A DNA stretch of 64,000 nucleotides from Magnetococcales bacterium (GCA_002753515.1 PEAK01000010.1:17469-81468); one strand, 5' to 3'. Counted from the stretch's first letter, positions 1 to 8,945 are shown. Notes: generated from the sequence alone by a model not told the origin. Numbers and translations are program-made.

Positions 1-39
1 TGCCAATACCCATTGGGCTCGGTATTTGGATTCCGTCAT
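1..39 (-). CDS. 5' end (13 codons) of a gene truncated by the window edge. Synteny suggests a flagellar export gene (fliO/fliP position).
   Basis: The ATG at 39-37 overlaps the fliN stop (ATGA). The frame stays open to position 1. Only MTESKYRAQWVLA is visible, so identity cannot be called. Confidence 0.3.
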   Translation of the reverse strand, partial: MTESKYRAQWVLA

Positions 40-383
40 CCGCGCAAATTCTCCAACCTTTCGTTCAGGGAGACGATGTCGGTGATGCGGATCCCCAGTT
101 TATCCTTGATCATGACCACCTCGCCGTAGGCCAGGAGACGGTCATTGACATGGATTTCCAGGGGGTCGTCCGCTTCTTTCTCCAGTTCGATCAGCGCCCC
201 CTTGTTGAGCTTCAGGAGGTCGCGTATCTGCATGTGGACAGCCCCCAGGCGTACCGAAACATTCAACGGCACGTCCATGAGGAGTTCCAAATTTTTTGGA
301 ACACCGTGAGTTACCGACATGTTGTCCATCCCGGCGAGGGGGGCCATGTCAAAATCAAGATTGTCGGTCTCGTTGTCTTCCAT
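36..383 (-). CDS. fliN: Flagellar motor switch protein FliN
   Basis: 115-aa ORF with a FliN/SpoA-type C-terminal region (VSVRLGAVHMQIRDLLKLNKGALIELEKEADDPLEIHVNDRLLAYGEVVMIKDKLGIRITDI). It lies directly downstream of fliM. Confidence 0.9.
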   Translation of the reverse strand: MEDNETDNLDFDMAPLAGMDNMSVTHGVPKNLELLMDVPLNVSVRLGAVHMQIRDLLKLNKGALIELEKEADDPLEIHVNDRLLAYGEVVMIKDKLGIRITDIVSLNERLENLRG

Positions 384-423
384 TTACCAAGGTCTCCTGA
401 TCCAATCCTTCATAGGTGTATGA

Positions 424-1419
424 TCACTTATCTTCGGGAACGATTTGTGTGATGCGAACCGCTTTCTTGCCGCGGACAATCCCCGCCTGGGCCAAAAATT
501 TGGTTTTTCCCTCAACCTCGACGGAAATATCACTGGCCAGATCATTGCTGAGGGTGATGACATCCCCCCGTTTGAGATCCAACATTTCCTGGACCGACAT
601 GGTTTCTCTGGAAATAACCGGGGAGACCCGCAACGACACCATTCCCAATTGATGCACCAGGGAATCGATCCAGGCCGAAGAACCCTCGACCTGATCTTTG
701 GCCTGGAAACCAACCTTGAGCTGTTGTTTGAAAAGTTCCAGGATGACAGAGGGGTAGCAGACGGTCAAACTGCCCTCGGCATCGCCGACTTCCACGGCGA
801 AGGAGATGAGGAAAACTGTCTCATCCAAGGGCATGACCGCAGCGAACTGCGGTTGATTTTCCCAGCGGGTCAGGATCAATTTGAACGAATTGTCGAGTTT
901 TTTCCACGACAGCTCGAGTTGTTCGCGGGTCACATCCATGATGCGATCGATGACTTTCATCTCGAACGGGGAAAAATTGCGGTAGGGGCGCTCCGAGTCG
1001 CCGCTGCCGCCAAAGAAACCTTCGAGAATGTGGTACATCACATCGCCGTCGATGGAGATCAGGCTCATGGCCTGGGTTGGTTCCACCCGCAGGATGCTGA
1101 TGAAGATGGGTGGATCGAGTCCGTGCAAAAAGCGGCCAAAAATTTGGTTGGTGGTGGTTTTGGGCTGGACATGGACCTCGCGTCCCACCTTTTGGCTCAG
1201 TTTGAATGAGAGTTGCGATGCCAAATGTTCGTTGATCAGGTCGAGGCCCGGCATGGCCCCGACGCGGATTGCGGTTTTTTGACCGAAAAAGAAGGCGGTG
1301 ACCTTTTTTTCTTCCGCAGCGGCTGGCAGGTCACCATCGACCGTTTCCAGGTCGATGGATCCCTCTTCCAACCCTTGCATCAGGGCATCAATTTCTTCGG
1401 AGGATAGGATCTGAGTCAT
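424..1419 (-). CDS. fliM: Flagellar motor switch protein FliM
   Basis: 331 aa. It has an N-terminal LSSEEIDALM CheY-P-binding-type motif, a FliM middle domain and a C-terminal FliN-like domain. It sits between fliL and fliN. Confidence 0.9.
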   Translation of the reverse strand: MTQILSSEEIDALMQGLEEGSIDLETVDGDLPAAAEEKKVTAFFFGQKTAIRVGAMPGLDLINEHLASQLSFKLSQKVGREVHVQPKTTTNQIFGRFLHGLDPPIFISILRVEPTQAMSLISIDGDVMYHILEGFFGGSGDSERPYRNFSPFEMKVIDRIMDVTREQLELSWKKLDNSFKLILTRWENQPQFAAVMPLDETVFLISFAVEVGDAEGSLTVCYPSVILELFKQQLKVGFQAKDQVEGSSAWIDSLVHQLGMVSLRVSPVISRETMSVQEMLDLKRGDVITLSNDLASDISVEVEGKTKFLAQAGIVRGKKAVRITQIVPEDK

Positions 1420-1428
1420 GTTGGCGTT

Positions 1429-1932
1429 TTATTGGATGACGAATTCGGTAAAATAGACCCGCGTCACCGTGCCGTTAACCAGCATGGCATTGATGCGGCT
1501 GAGTAATTCGTCGCGCAGACGGAATTTTCCCTCCAAGGCCTGCAATTCCTGCGATGATTTGGATGTCAGGAGTTGCAGGATGGTGTCCCTGAGTTGCGCT
1601 TTGCGCCGTTCCAATTCCGCCTTAAGCGCCTCGCCGTCCATTTCCAACTCGATGGTGGACTTCAGATAGCGATTGCCGCGTGGCTCGCTCAAGTTGACCA
1701 CAAAAGGTTCCAACTTGAACATTTCCCCGACCATGGAATTGGGATCTTTGGTGACTGTTTCCGCAACGGGTTCCAGTTTATGCGCTTCCTGGGCCTTTTT
1801 TTCGCCCATCCCTTTGCCGAAAAAGAATCCCCCGCCGCCGCCAACCAACAACCCCACGACCAACAGGATGATTTTGATCAATCCCCCGCCGCCGCCGCCC
1901 CCTGATTCTTCCTTCTCCGCATCTTCTGCCAT
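1429..1932 (-). CDS. fliL: Flagellar basal body-associated protein FliL
   Basis: 167 aa. A Gly-rich N-terminus is followed by a single TM segment (LIKIILLVVGLLVGG) and a FliL-like C-terminal part (FVVNLSEPRGNRYLKSTIELE...VYFTEFVIQ). It is upstream of fliM. Confidence 0.85.
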   Translation of the reverse strand: MAEDAEKEESGGGGGGGLIKIILLVVGLLVGGGGGFFFGKGMGEKKAQEAHKLEPVAETVTKDPNSMVGEMFKLEPFVVNLSEPRGNRYLKSTIELEMDGEALKAELERRKAQLRDTILQLLTSKSSQELQALEGKFRLRDELLSRINAMLVNGTVTRVYFTEFVIQ

Positions 1933-2051
1933 GTTTCACCTTTTTAAGATGACGAGTCCGAACGCTGCTTTACATTAACATAGCAGCATACCATTAACGC
2001 CACAACGTCTTCCAGAGCCGACACAATCAAACTTGAAAGAAAATGGCGGCA

Positions 2052-2246
2052 AAAACCGACCTTCGTGACCAAGACAACCGTCATTCCCGCGAAAGCGGGA
2101 ATCCAGAAAGTTAGGGAATCGTTGGAAGCTTTCCCCCGATTCAGGCATTCGGGGGCAAGCTCTGGATCCCCGCTTTCGCGGGGGTGACAAAAAAACGTCA
2201 TTTCCGCGAAGGTGGGAACTACGAATCCAAGATAGTAGCGGTTTAG
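2052..2246. mobile_element. MITE-like composite palindromic repeat, family B, copy 1 (inverted relative to copies 2 and 3)
   Basis: It ends in ...gatagtagcggtttag, matching the ctaaaccgcagctac... terminus of the copies at 41499 and 43759. It contains the cores gtcattcccgcgaaagcgggaatccag and ctggatccccgctttcgcgggggtgac. The left boundary is approximate. Confidence 0.65.
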
Positions 2247-2253
2247 TCATTGG

Positions 2254-4110
2254 TTACCGTTTGAGCGACAGGAGTTCCTCCATCATGCCGTCGGTAACGG
2301 TGACGATACGCGAGTTGGCCTGGAATCCCCTCTGGGTGGTGATCATGCGGACGAACTCCGCCGACATGTCGACGTTGGATTGCTCCAGGGAGTAGCCAAG
2401 GACGGTGCCGAGGCGTCCACTGGTGGGTTGTCCAATCCTGGGGAGTCCCGAAGCGACGGTTTGGGCGAACAGGTTGGACCCGACCTGCTCAAGAGCGGTT
2501 TCGTCGTCAAAATCCACCAGGGCCACTTGATACAGCTTTCTGCTTTGCCCATTGGTGAAGTTGCCGGTGATCTCACCTTTTTGGCTGATCGCCAATTTGT
2601 CCAGATAGCCGGGGGGGAATCCGTTTTGTTCCAAGCGCAAGGTGGCGAAACCGCTGGTCACCTGGACGCAACCATTGGCACCGGTGTTAGTGGTATCGGG
2701 CTGCACCGTTGTCAGGGAGGAATCATAAGTCAGGGCTGTTGTCTTTTTGGAAAAATCGTTGGTGGAATCGCCCATGGCGCCGATGGCATCACCGAAATCA
2801 AACAAAATTTGCTGGGCCTGGGCACCGGCAAACTGAAAGGTCAGGGGCGTGGACCCCTCCTGTAGTAATTTTCCTGAATTATCAAATACCAGTTGGCCCG
2901 TGGTATAGCCGGCGCCACTGGGGGCGGACATGACATTCTTGGAATTCGTGTCTATGGCGTTGAGCGTGCTGCCGCTTTGTTGGGAAATATCCAGCTCACT
3001 GTCGGCCACAACGGCGTGCCACTGCCATGTGTTGTCATTGGCGACCCCCTTGATTTCAGTGATACCATTGTCACCCGCGACGTTGGCAACAGTCAGCGAA
3101 CTGCCGGTCGGGTTACCAACACTCAGCGAGTAGCGCGTGCCGGAGGTCAGGCTTAGGCCGTCAATTTTTGCAAGCGTTGTTTTAATGTTAACCGTGTTGG
3201 TACTTTTGCTGCTATCGACATCCGCTTGGGTCAATGTATAGGTGAACGATCCCGACTTTTTGTCCGTGCTGCTGACCAGTGAGTTGAACGTGATGGGGAC
3301 CTGGATCTGCTGGCCAACGGTGAAGGGCGTTCCCGTTGGCGTTTTCACATCAAAGGAAATCGTTTTGGCAGCGTTTGTGGTGGCATCACCAGCGGTGACG
3401 GTAGCCGGAACGGCCATGGGCAACTTGCGAAATTGTATCTCCACGTTGTGTCCGGTCCCCTTGGTGTCAAATATCCGCACCGATGTGGAAAAATCGTAGG
3501 TTGAGGGATCCGAGGGGTTGTACGTGGCTGTCATGTCCTTGGCTTTGGTACTGGCATCCAGATTGGCACCCACCTTGACCAGACTGGTGGCGGTTGGATC
3601 AATGTTGACAAACTTGGAGAGGTCGATATTGCTTAAGCCCCCGGCAGCTTGGTTGCCATCGGCATCCAGTTGCCATCCTTGCAGCACCATCCCTCCAGGT
3701 GTTACCAACAACCCGGCTTTGTTGCGGGTGAAACCTCCAGCCCGGGTAAAAAAGGTGTCTTTGGGGAGACCTTTTTGGTCCGTCGTTTTCGCAGACGCGA
3801 CGGTGAGGTCTTTGACTTCAAAGAATCCTTTGCCATCAATGGACATGTCGGTGACATTGGAGGTGGCCGAGAAAGAGCCTTGGGCCATGTTTTGCCGCAC
3901 ATCCGCCAAGCCCACACCGGTACCGATCTGGGTGGTGGCACCGGAACTTTGGTTGCCAACGGTTTGTATCAACACATCTTCAAAGCCCGACGTGCTGGCT
4001 TTGAAGGCGGTGGTGTTGGAGTTAGCCAGGTTATTGCCGATGACTGTCATTGCCTCGCCAAAATTGGTCAATGCGCTGGAACCTGCGAACATGGCTTGAA
4101 TAATGGACAT
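2254..4110 (-). CDS. flgE: Flagellar hook protein FlgE (long form, 618 aa)
   Basis: It has the conserved N-terminus MSIIQAMFAGSSALTNFGEAMTVIGNNLANSNTTAFK and C-terminus LEQSNVDMSAEFVRMITTQRGFQANSRIVTVTDGMMEELLSLKR. A long Thr/Ser-rich central insert lies between them. Confidence 0.9.
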   Translation of the reverse strand: MSIIQAMFAGSSALTNFGEAMTVIGNNLANSNTTAFKASTSGFEDVLIQTVGNQSSGATTQIGTGVGLADVRQNMAQGSFSATSNVTDMSIDGKGFFEVKDLTVASAKTTDQKGLPKDTFFTRAGGFTRNKAGLLVTPGGMVLQGWQLDADGNQAAGGLSNIDLSKFVNIDPTATSLVKVGANLDASTKAKDMTATYNPSDPSTYDFSTSVRIFDTKGTGHNVEIQFRKLPMAVPATVTAGDATTNAAKTISFDVKTPTGTPFTVGQQIQVPITFNSLVSSTDKKSGSFTYTLTQADVDSSKSTNTVNIKTTLAKIDGLSLTSGTRYSLSVGNPTGSSLTVANVAGDNGITEIKGVANDNTWQWHAVVADSELDISQQSGSTLNAIDTNSKNVMSAPSGAGYTTGQLVFDNSGKLLQEGSTPLTFQFAGAQAQQILFDFGDAIGAMGDSTNDFSKKTTALTYDSSLTTVQPDTTNTGANGCVQVTSGFATLRLEQNGFPPGYLDKLAISQKGEITGNFTNGQSRKLYQVALVDFDDETALEQVGSNLFAQTVASGLPRIGQPTSGRLGTVLGYSLEQSNVDMSAEFVRMITTQRGFQANSRIVTVTDGMMEELLSLKR

Positions 4111-4170
4111 GAATGCTCTCCTGAAACAATACCTGGGTCAGACGGTGCCGTTGTTCTCTACAAAAAATGC

Positions 4171-4851
4171 TTAGCTTTGCGGCGTTGCGGTGTTGCTGGT
4201 TATCAGTTGTACACTTCGTACATCGCTCATTTTGACGGATTGTCCATTGACCTGCAGGGTGACGCCACTGGTGGGATCATTAATGACCCCGGTAACCTCC
4301 CCGTTCGCATAGGTGGTGACGGGGGTGGCGGACGTCGATCCCGGTATGGAAACCGCGAAGGTATAGTTGCCATCGGGCAAGCCGCTGATAGTGGTGCTTT
4401 GATCACCGGCAGAGAAGGGGCGCGCCTCCAGGGATTTAACCACCTGACCGTTTTGATTCAAAATGTTGATGGCGGCATTGCCACTTTGCGGCATGTTGAA
4501 ACTGACGGTTGCCTGCCCGTTGATCGATTGGGTGGTGTTGCCATTGAATAGCACTTGTTTGCCGATATACCCAACGGCCTGATTGACCTGATTGACCGAT
4601 TGCATGGAGACCAATTGCTTGAGCAGGTCATTGCTTTGCTGTTGCTGGCTCAAGGAGGAGAATTGCGCCATCTGAGCCGTCATGTCCGTATTGTTCATCG
4701 GTTGCAACGGATCCTGGTTTTGCAATTGTGCGGTCAGCATTTTCAGGAAATCGGCCTGTAGCGTCGCGGCATCCTGCGTCGTCGATTTGGATGTCGTCGC
4801 ACTCGGGGTCGGTGTCGATGGTATGGTGCCGAAAGTATCGCTGATGGTCAT
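4171..4851 (-). CDS. flgD: Flagellar hook assembly/capping protein FlgD
   Basis: 226 aa with the FlgD motif DFLKMLTAQLQNQDPLQPM and a beta-rich C-terminal domain. It is immediately upstream of flgE. Confidence 0.9.
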   Translation of the reverse strand: MTISDTFGTIPSTPTPSATTSKSTTQDAATLQADFLKMLTAQLQNQDPLQPMNNTDMTAQMAQFSSLSQQQQSNDLLKQLVSMQSVNQVNQAVGYIGKQVLFNGNTTQSINGQATVSFNMPQSGNAAINILNQNGQVVKSLEARPFSAGDQSTTISGLPDGNYTFAVSIPGSTSATPVTTYANGEVTGVINDPTSGVTLQVNGQSVKMSDVRSVQLITSNTATPQS

Positions 4852-4944
4852 AACGTGGCCTCCTGGTGTGTGACCTGGAACCGGATCATGTCAGGCTTGT
4901 TGACAGCCTCGAGGGGCTGAGATACCCGGTGTTACGATCCGTTA

Positions 4945-4960
4945 TTCAATTTTCATGCCT
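4945..4960 (-). promoter_or_regulatory. Weak sigma54-like -24/-12 element upstream of flgD
   Basis: The minus strand reads aGGCATGaaaaTTGAa against the consensus TGGCACG-N4-TTGCW. GG and TTG are correctly spaced, but the -12 GC is GA. It lies about 95-110 nt upstream of the flgD ATG. Confidence 0.3.
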
Positions 4961-5106
4961 AGTCCATATTGATAGAATGCGCTGATTTTTAAAGTCTTTC
5001 ACTACAATAATCAGAAAAAAGTGTCATTTTTTTCCTTTCTGGTATTCCGTTCCGTCCCCCAGCAGGCAATTTTTTCCTTGGCCTTGCCCGGCGATTCCAT
5101 GGGACT

Positions 5107-6396
5107 TCAAGCAAATACCGACAATCCCTGCCCCGGACTCCACGGACGGTTGGTTTGAGCGACCGGTACCGCGGTGCTGCTGACGGTACCGGTGTCGGCT
5201 GTCAAGGTGCCTTTTTGGCCTTCGTGCCACTCAAAGCCCTGATTGGCCGATTGATCGCCTCGTTGTCGCTGATCCACCTGGACCTGAATGGCGCCAAGCC
5301 CCAGGTTTTGGCTAGCCAAGGCATCGCGTAACTGGGGCATTTGCTTGTTCAACAAGTCGCGGGCGGCATCACTTTCGGTGGTAATGAGCATGTGGACACG
5401 GTTTTGCTCGTCTACCGTCAGACGTACATCCAATGTGCCAAGCTCACGGGGTACGAGATTGATGCGGACCTGGTCGTTCATACCGGGTCGGGAAATCATC
5501 CGGAGACTGCCGAGTTGCTCTGCCAAATCTTCACCGAAGGTGGGTGAATAGGCCGGCATGGGTTTGGCGGCATACTGAATGGCCTGACTCGACGTGTTGA
5601 CGCGCAAACCTTGCAAACCCGGGTCGGTGGCCACTGGGGCCGTTTGTTGGCTGGCGGTCTGCTCGGCTGTTATGTGTCCCGTTTTGACGCCTGCAAGGGC
5701 CATTTCCACCGTGGTGACCGTCCATCCCCCTTTGTTCGTCCCCCCTTGTACCGCTCCCCCCCCCTTGCCGCTATCCACGGCGAAGGTCATGAAAGGCGCC
5801 TGGTTGCCACCCACAATCTGCTGCCCGGGTGAGGGCGATGACAACGGTGTGCCCACCGGAGTCGGGTTGAGAATGGCGGACCACGGGTTGATACCCGCTT
5901 TGGGATCTTCCGTATTCCCCTTCTTGCGTTGTTTGACCCACTGCGCGGCTTCAATACGTTGCGCTTCGTCCAACTGTTCCTGATCCGCTTCGGCCGTTAT
6001 TTGCTCGTTATCCGCTTTTTTGGCAGCGTCAGCCTTTTGATTGATCAGCTGGTTGCGATCATCCTGTTTATCCGCAGCATCGATGGACTTGGCGACGTCC
6101 TTTTTGTTTTGAGCGTTGTCCATGAGCGCCGCTTTGTCATCGTCCGCCTTTTTGTTGGCGGTATCCGCTTGCTTGGCCTCAGTTGCATCCCGGGCTTTGG
6201 AGGCGGTATTGGAGGCAACCTCTTGACCATGGGATGGTTTGGTTTCGCGAGCCCCCTGTTTTTTACCGTTGGATGCCTTCTCAAGCACCCTGGAGAAATC
6301 CTCATCGGGGTGCGACTGATTGGACGGTTGAACCGGGGCGCTATTCGCCGGGTTGGCAAACGTTGTTTCCGCCAGGGGCATGCTCAGTGGGATCAT
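5107..6396 (-). CDS. fliK: Flagellar hook-length control protein FliK
   Basis: It has a C-terminal Flg_hook-type region (LRMISRPGMNDQVRINLVPRELGTLDVRLTVDEQNRVHMLITTESDAARDLLNKQMPQLRDAL) and a disordered Lys/Asp/Ala-rich N-half. The start is uncertain. I chose the ATG at 6396; the ORF stays open to 6468. Confidence 0.75.
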   Translation of the reverse strand: MIPLSMPLAETTFANPANSAPVQPSNQSHPDEDFSRVLEKASNGKKQGARETKPSHGQEVASNTASKARDATEAKQADTANKKADDDKAALMDNAQNKKDVAKSIDAADKQDDRNQLINQKADAAKKADNEQITAEADQEQLDEAQRIEAAQWVKQRKKGNTEDPKAGINPWSAILNPTPVGTPLSSPSPGQQIVGGNQAPFMTFAVDSGKGGGAVQGGTNKGGWTVTTVEMALAGVKTGHITAEQTASQQTAPVATDPGLQGLRVNTSSQAIQYAAKPMPAYSPTFGEDLAEQLGSLRMISRPGMNDQVRINLVPRELGTLDVRLTVDEQNRVHMLITTESDAARDLLNKQMPQLRDALASQNLGLGAIQVQVDQRQRGDQSANQGFEWHEGQKGTLTADTGTVSSTAVPVAQTNRPWSPGQGLSVFA

Positions 6397-6504
6397 GGTG
6401 GTCTCGTCGAATACCGCTATCGATGGGGTGAAGTCATACCTGCATAGGACAATCAATATCCATGCCAATATAATATTTTATGGATTGTCAATAAGATGGC
6501 TATA

Positions 6505-6524
6505 AAGCCCGTTGGAACGGGCTT
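6505..6524 (-). terminator. Hairpin downstream of the nitronate-monooxygenase-like gene; possible terminator
   Basis: The sequence aagcccgt-tgga-acgggctt forms an 8-bp stem with short T-rich flanks on both strands. It lies about 90 nt past the stop at 6614. Confidence 0.4.
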
Positions 6525-6613
6525 CTTTACGCCGGGGGGGCGGCAGGCAGATTCTGCCTTAAGACGGAGATTGTGCGGCAAATGGTGCCGTGGGGGAAAA
6601 AAAAGACCGGTAT

Positions 6614-7624
6614 TTAATGCAGCAGAGCGGTCAGCTCTTCCATGATTTCAGCAACGCTTTGGGTGGTGTGGACCAGCCCGACGCTCTGACCGGCCATGAC
6701 GGAACCGTTATCCACGTCACCATCGATGGCGGCGCGTTTCAGGGCACCCACCCAAAAATGCTCCAGTTCCAGTTGGGCCGTTTTTTTGTCTTTGGACCCT
6801 GCCTTGACCTCCTGAATCAATTGCAATTGCAAAGCGTTGAAACTTTGCGTTCCCTTGTTCACCAGGGCACGCACCGGGATGACCGGGAGTATGGGATCAA
6901 ACTGTGCCGTGACCTGGGCGTCCCGGGCCTGGGCACGCAGGAAGGCGTTCTTGAAATGCGCGTGGGCAACGCATTCGTGCGCGACCACGAAGCGTGTCCC
7001 CAGTTGACACCCGGCCGCTCCCATGGCGACCAATCCGGCCACCATGGCACCGCTGGCGATGCCGCCTGCGGCAAAAACGGGAACTTCGGTCACATGGGGC
7101 AGGATTTCCTGGATCAGGACGGAGGTTGACACCGGTCCAACATGGCCACCCGCTTCGTGGCCCTCGACGATCAAGGCATCGGCACCCCGTTTCAGCAACC
7201 TTTTGGCCAGAGGCAGGGAGGGGGCAAACAGGATAACCCGGATGTTGGTTTGTTTCAGTGCGTCAATCGTGGGTTGATCTGGTAATCCACCGGCTAATAC
7301 GCAATGGCTGACCTTTTCTTCCGTGACGACACGCACCAATTCGGGCAATTCCGGGTTCATGGTGATCAGGTTGACGCCAAAGGGGTGGGACGTTCGGGTA
7401 CGGGTTAACTGGATTTCCTGACGCAGTTTTTCCGGGGGCATGTTTCCAGAGGCCAGGATCCCGAAGCCACCGGCCTGGGAGATGGCGGAGACGAGATTGT
7501 GTTCTGAAAGCCACGCCATGGCACCGCCCAGGATGGGATAACGGGTTCCGAGAAACTGGCTGCCCCGAATCCAGGATGCGGGAAGTGGACGTGATGCAGG
7601 AGAAGGAGAATCAGGCAAGGACAT
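6614..7624 (-). CDS. Nitronate monooxygenase / FabK-like flavin oxidoreductase
   Basis: 336 aa with NMO-family motifs YPILGGAMAWLS, GGFGILASG and ALIVEGHEAGGHVG. Confidence 0.8.
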   Translation of the reverse strand: MSLPDSPSPASRPLPASWIRGSQFLGTRYPILGGAMAWLSEHNLVSAISQAGGFGILASGNMPPEKLRQEIQLTRTRTSHPFGVNLITMNPELPELVRVVTEEKVSHCVLAGGLPDQPTIDALKQTNIRVILFAPSLPLAKRLLKRGADALIVEGHEAGGHVGPVSTSVLIQEILPHVTEVPVFAAGGIASGAMVAGLVAMGAAGCQLGTRFVVAHECVAHAHFKNAFLRAQARDAQVTAQFDPILPVIPVRALVNKGTQSFNALQLQLIQEVKAGSKDKKTAQLELEHFWVGALKRAAIDGDVDNGSVMAGQSVGLVHTTQSVAEIMEELTALLH

Positions 7625-7671
7625 GGCTCGGGTGTCGTCCTTTTAGGCTCGGTCAGGGGTTGTATTCAAAG

Positions 7672-7839
7672 GGCCTTGATCATCGTTTCGTCCGAGCTAA
7701 CTCATTCTGGATTCCCGCTTTCGCGGGAATGACGAAAAAATCGCTGAAATTGCAGTCGTTTGTCATTCCCGCGAAAGCGGGAACCCAGACGGAACCGAAG
7801 CATCTTCCATGCGCTTTGGCCGAAACGATGATCAAGGCC
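7672..7839. mobile_element. MITE-like element, family A, copy 1 (168 bp)
   Basis: The 19-bp terminal inverted repeats are ggccttgatcatcgtttcg and cgaaacgatgatcaaggcc. Two inverted core palindromes (ctggattcccgctttcgcgggaatgac and gtcattcccgcgaaagcgggaacccag) lie inside. A near-identical copy sits at 56617-56784. Confidence 0.75.
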
Positions 7840-7920
7840 TATTCACAGTTGCCGGTGTGATCCTGGCGGAAAACGACGGTCAGTGCAAGGAACAACGGTT
7901 TGAAGGATGGTGACGCCCGG

Positions 7921-7957
7921 GAAAAGCCAAAGGGCGCCGTATCCGCGCCCTTTGGCT
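7921..7957 (-). terminator. Rho-independent terminator of the 8088-8831 gene
   Basis: A 13-bp GC-rich stem (agccaaagggcgc / gcgccctttggct) has a 7-nt loop. On the minus strand it is followed by TTTTC. Confidence 0.7.
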
Positions 7958-8087
7958 GTGTTCGATTCGATCAGGATGATTTTCAGTGATTGCAACAAGC
8001 ACGACCCGAGCGTGTCCTCAATATCAATTCACCAAACCAATGGGATCGTTATCACACGGGACGACAACCCGCTTCAGGTGGCCCACG

Positions 8088-8831
8088 TCAGGCTGCACAA
8101 GCCTCGGAGAGATCCGATTTATCTTCCTCGATGTCCAACATACTGGCATCCAGACTCATGGCGTCCATGCGGTGGTCTATGCGGTTTTTGCGACTGGAGT
8201 CGGGGATGAGGCACACCTTCAGACGTTCTTCCAGGCGATTCAACGCCCATTTGGGGTCAATATTGACCAGGGAGCAGATCCAGTTGAAGGATCCAGGTTC
8301 CATGGATGGGGAATGGAACCATTTTTTCAGGGTGCGATAATCATAGCGAAACACGGGATCCTCCATGACCGCAGGATCCTGCCGGTACTTCTCCAAGGCG
8401 ATCAGGTCACGCACGGCCCGATCCATGACAGCCATCCAGAGATGCGTGTCATTGTTGTCGGCGACGGGTTCGTTCATGATCTCCGAAACCACCGATTTTT
8501 TCATATCCTCCTCCCGTAAAGAGTAGTCGGGGCCCACTTTGGTAACTAATTTGCACGCTACAATACCCGTTTGACCTGACTGATCCCCGATCCCGACCTG
8601 AACCTTTGAGATACGGACGGGGCGGGAGACGGACAGGGTAGCGCGTGGGCACAGGTTGTTTTCGTTATAGTGAAGAGCCTGCCTGATTGATGATTCGTAA
8701 AAAATCCCAGAGGGACGAATCACCCATGTATAGTCGATTCCGGCACCAATTGCAATCAGCAAATCAATGTCGCTGTTTCGATGCGTTATTACCCCCACAT
8801 TTTCGTGGGTTGGTGGACCGGCAGGGGTCAT
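8088..8831 (-). CDS. Hypothetical protein (247 aa from the ATG at 8831); no family recognised
   Basis: This long ORF has its own terminator and is divergent from cheA. The protein ends in an acidic tail (DIEEDKSDLSEACAA). The ORF track begins at a TTG at 8837. Confidence 0.6.
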   Translation of the reverse strand: MTPAGPPTHENVGVITHRNSDIDLLIAIGAGIDYTWVIRPSGIFYESSIRQALHYNENNLCPRATLSVSRPVRISKVQVGIGDQSGQTGIVACKLVTKVGPDYSLREEDMKKSVVSEIMNEPVADNNDTHLWMAVMDRAVRDLIALEKYRQDPAVMEDPVFRYDYRTLKKWFHSPSMEPGSFNWICSLVNIDPKWALNRLEERLKVCLIPDSSRKNRIDHRMDAMSLDASMLDIEEDKSDLSEACAA

Positions 8832-8945
8832 GGTCAAGATTTAAACACTTTTTTCCATGACTAAGCTTGATTTACAAATGGCAATGGTCAAAAATAGGCA
8901 CTGATGCAGTTTGTTCCCAACCTGGCAACGGAGTGAAGGTCCCTT

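Noticed and set aside
1944-2250. Small ORFs of 60-200 aa overlapping the palindromic repeats (1944-2201, 1975-2250, 7576-7860, 41400-42020, 43634-44062, 56625-56813)
   Set aside because: Their conserved-looking peptides (IPAFAGMT, LDSRFRGNDG, PAKAGIQ) arise from translating the repeat cores in different frames. They occur in both orientations, have no RBS, and vary in frame between copies.
6573-6589. Sigma54-like GGCAC...GCA upstream of fliK
   Set aside because: The GG-to-GC spacing is off by one (cGGCACcatttgccGCA), and sigma54 promoters do not tolerate that well.
8088-8831. Possible PilZ (RxxxR...DxSxxG) or minimal nucleotidyltransferase (GS...DxD) motifs in the orphan protein
   Set aside because: SRPVR and GDQSGQTG do not match the PilZ motif spacing; they are only about 9 aa apart and the G is in the wrong position. 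NSDIDLL lacks the upstream GS loop at the right distance and the preceding helix.
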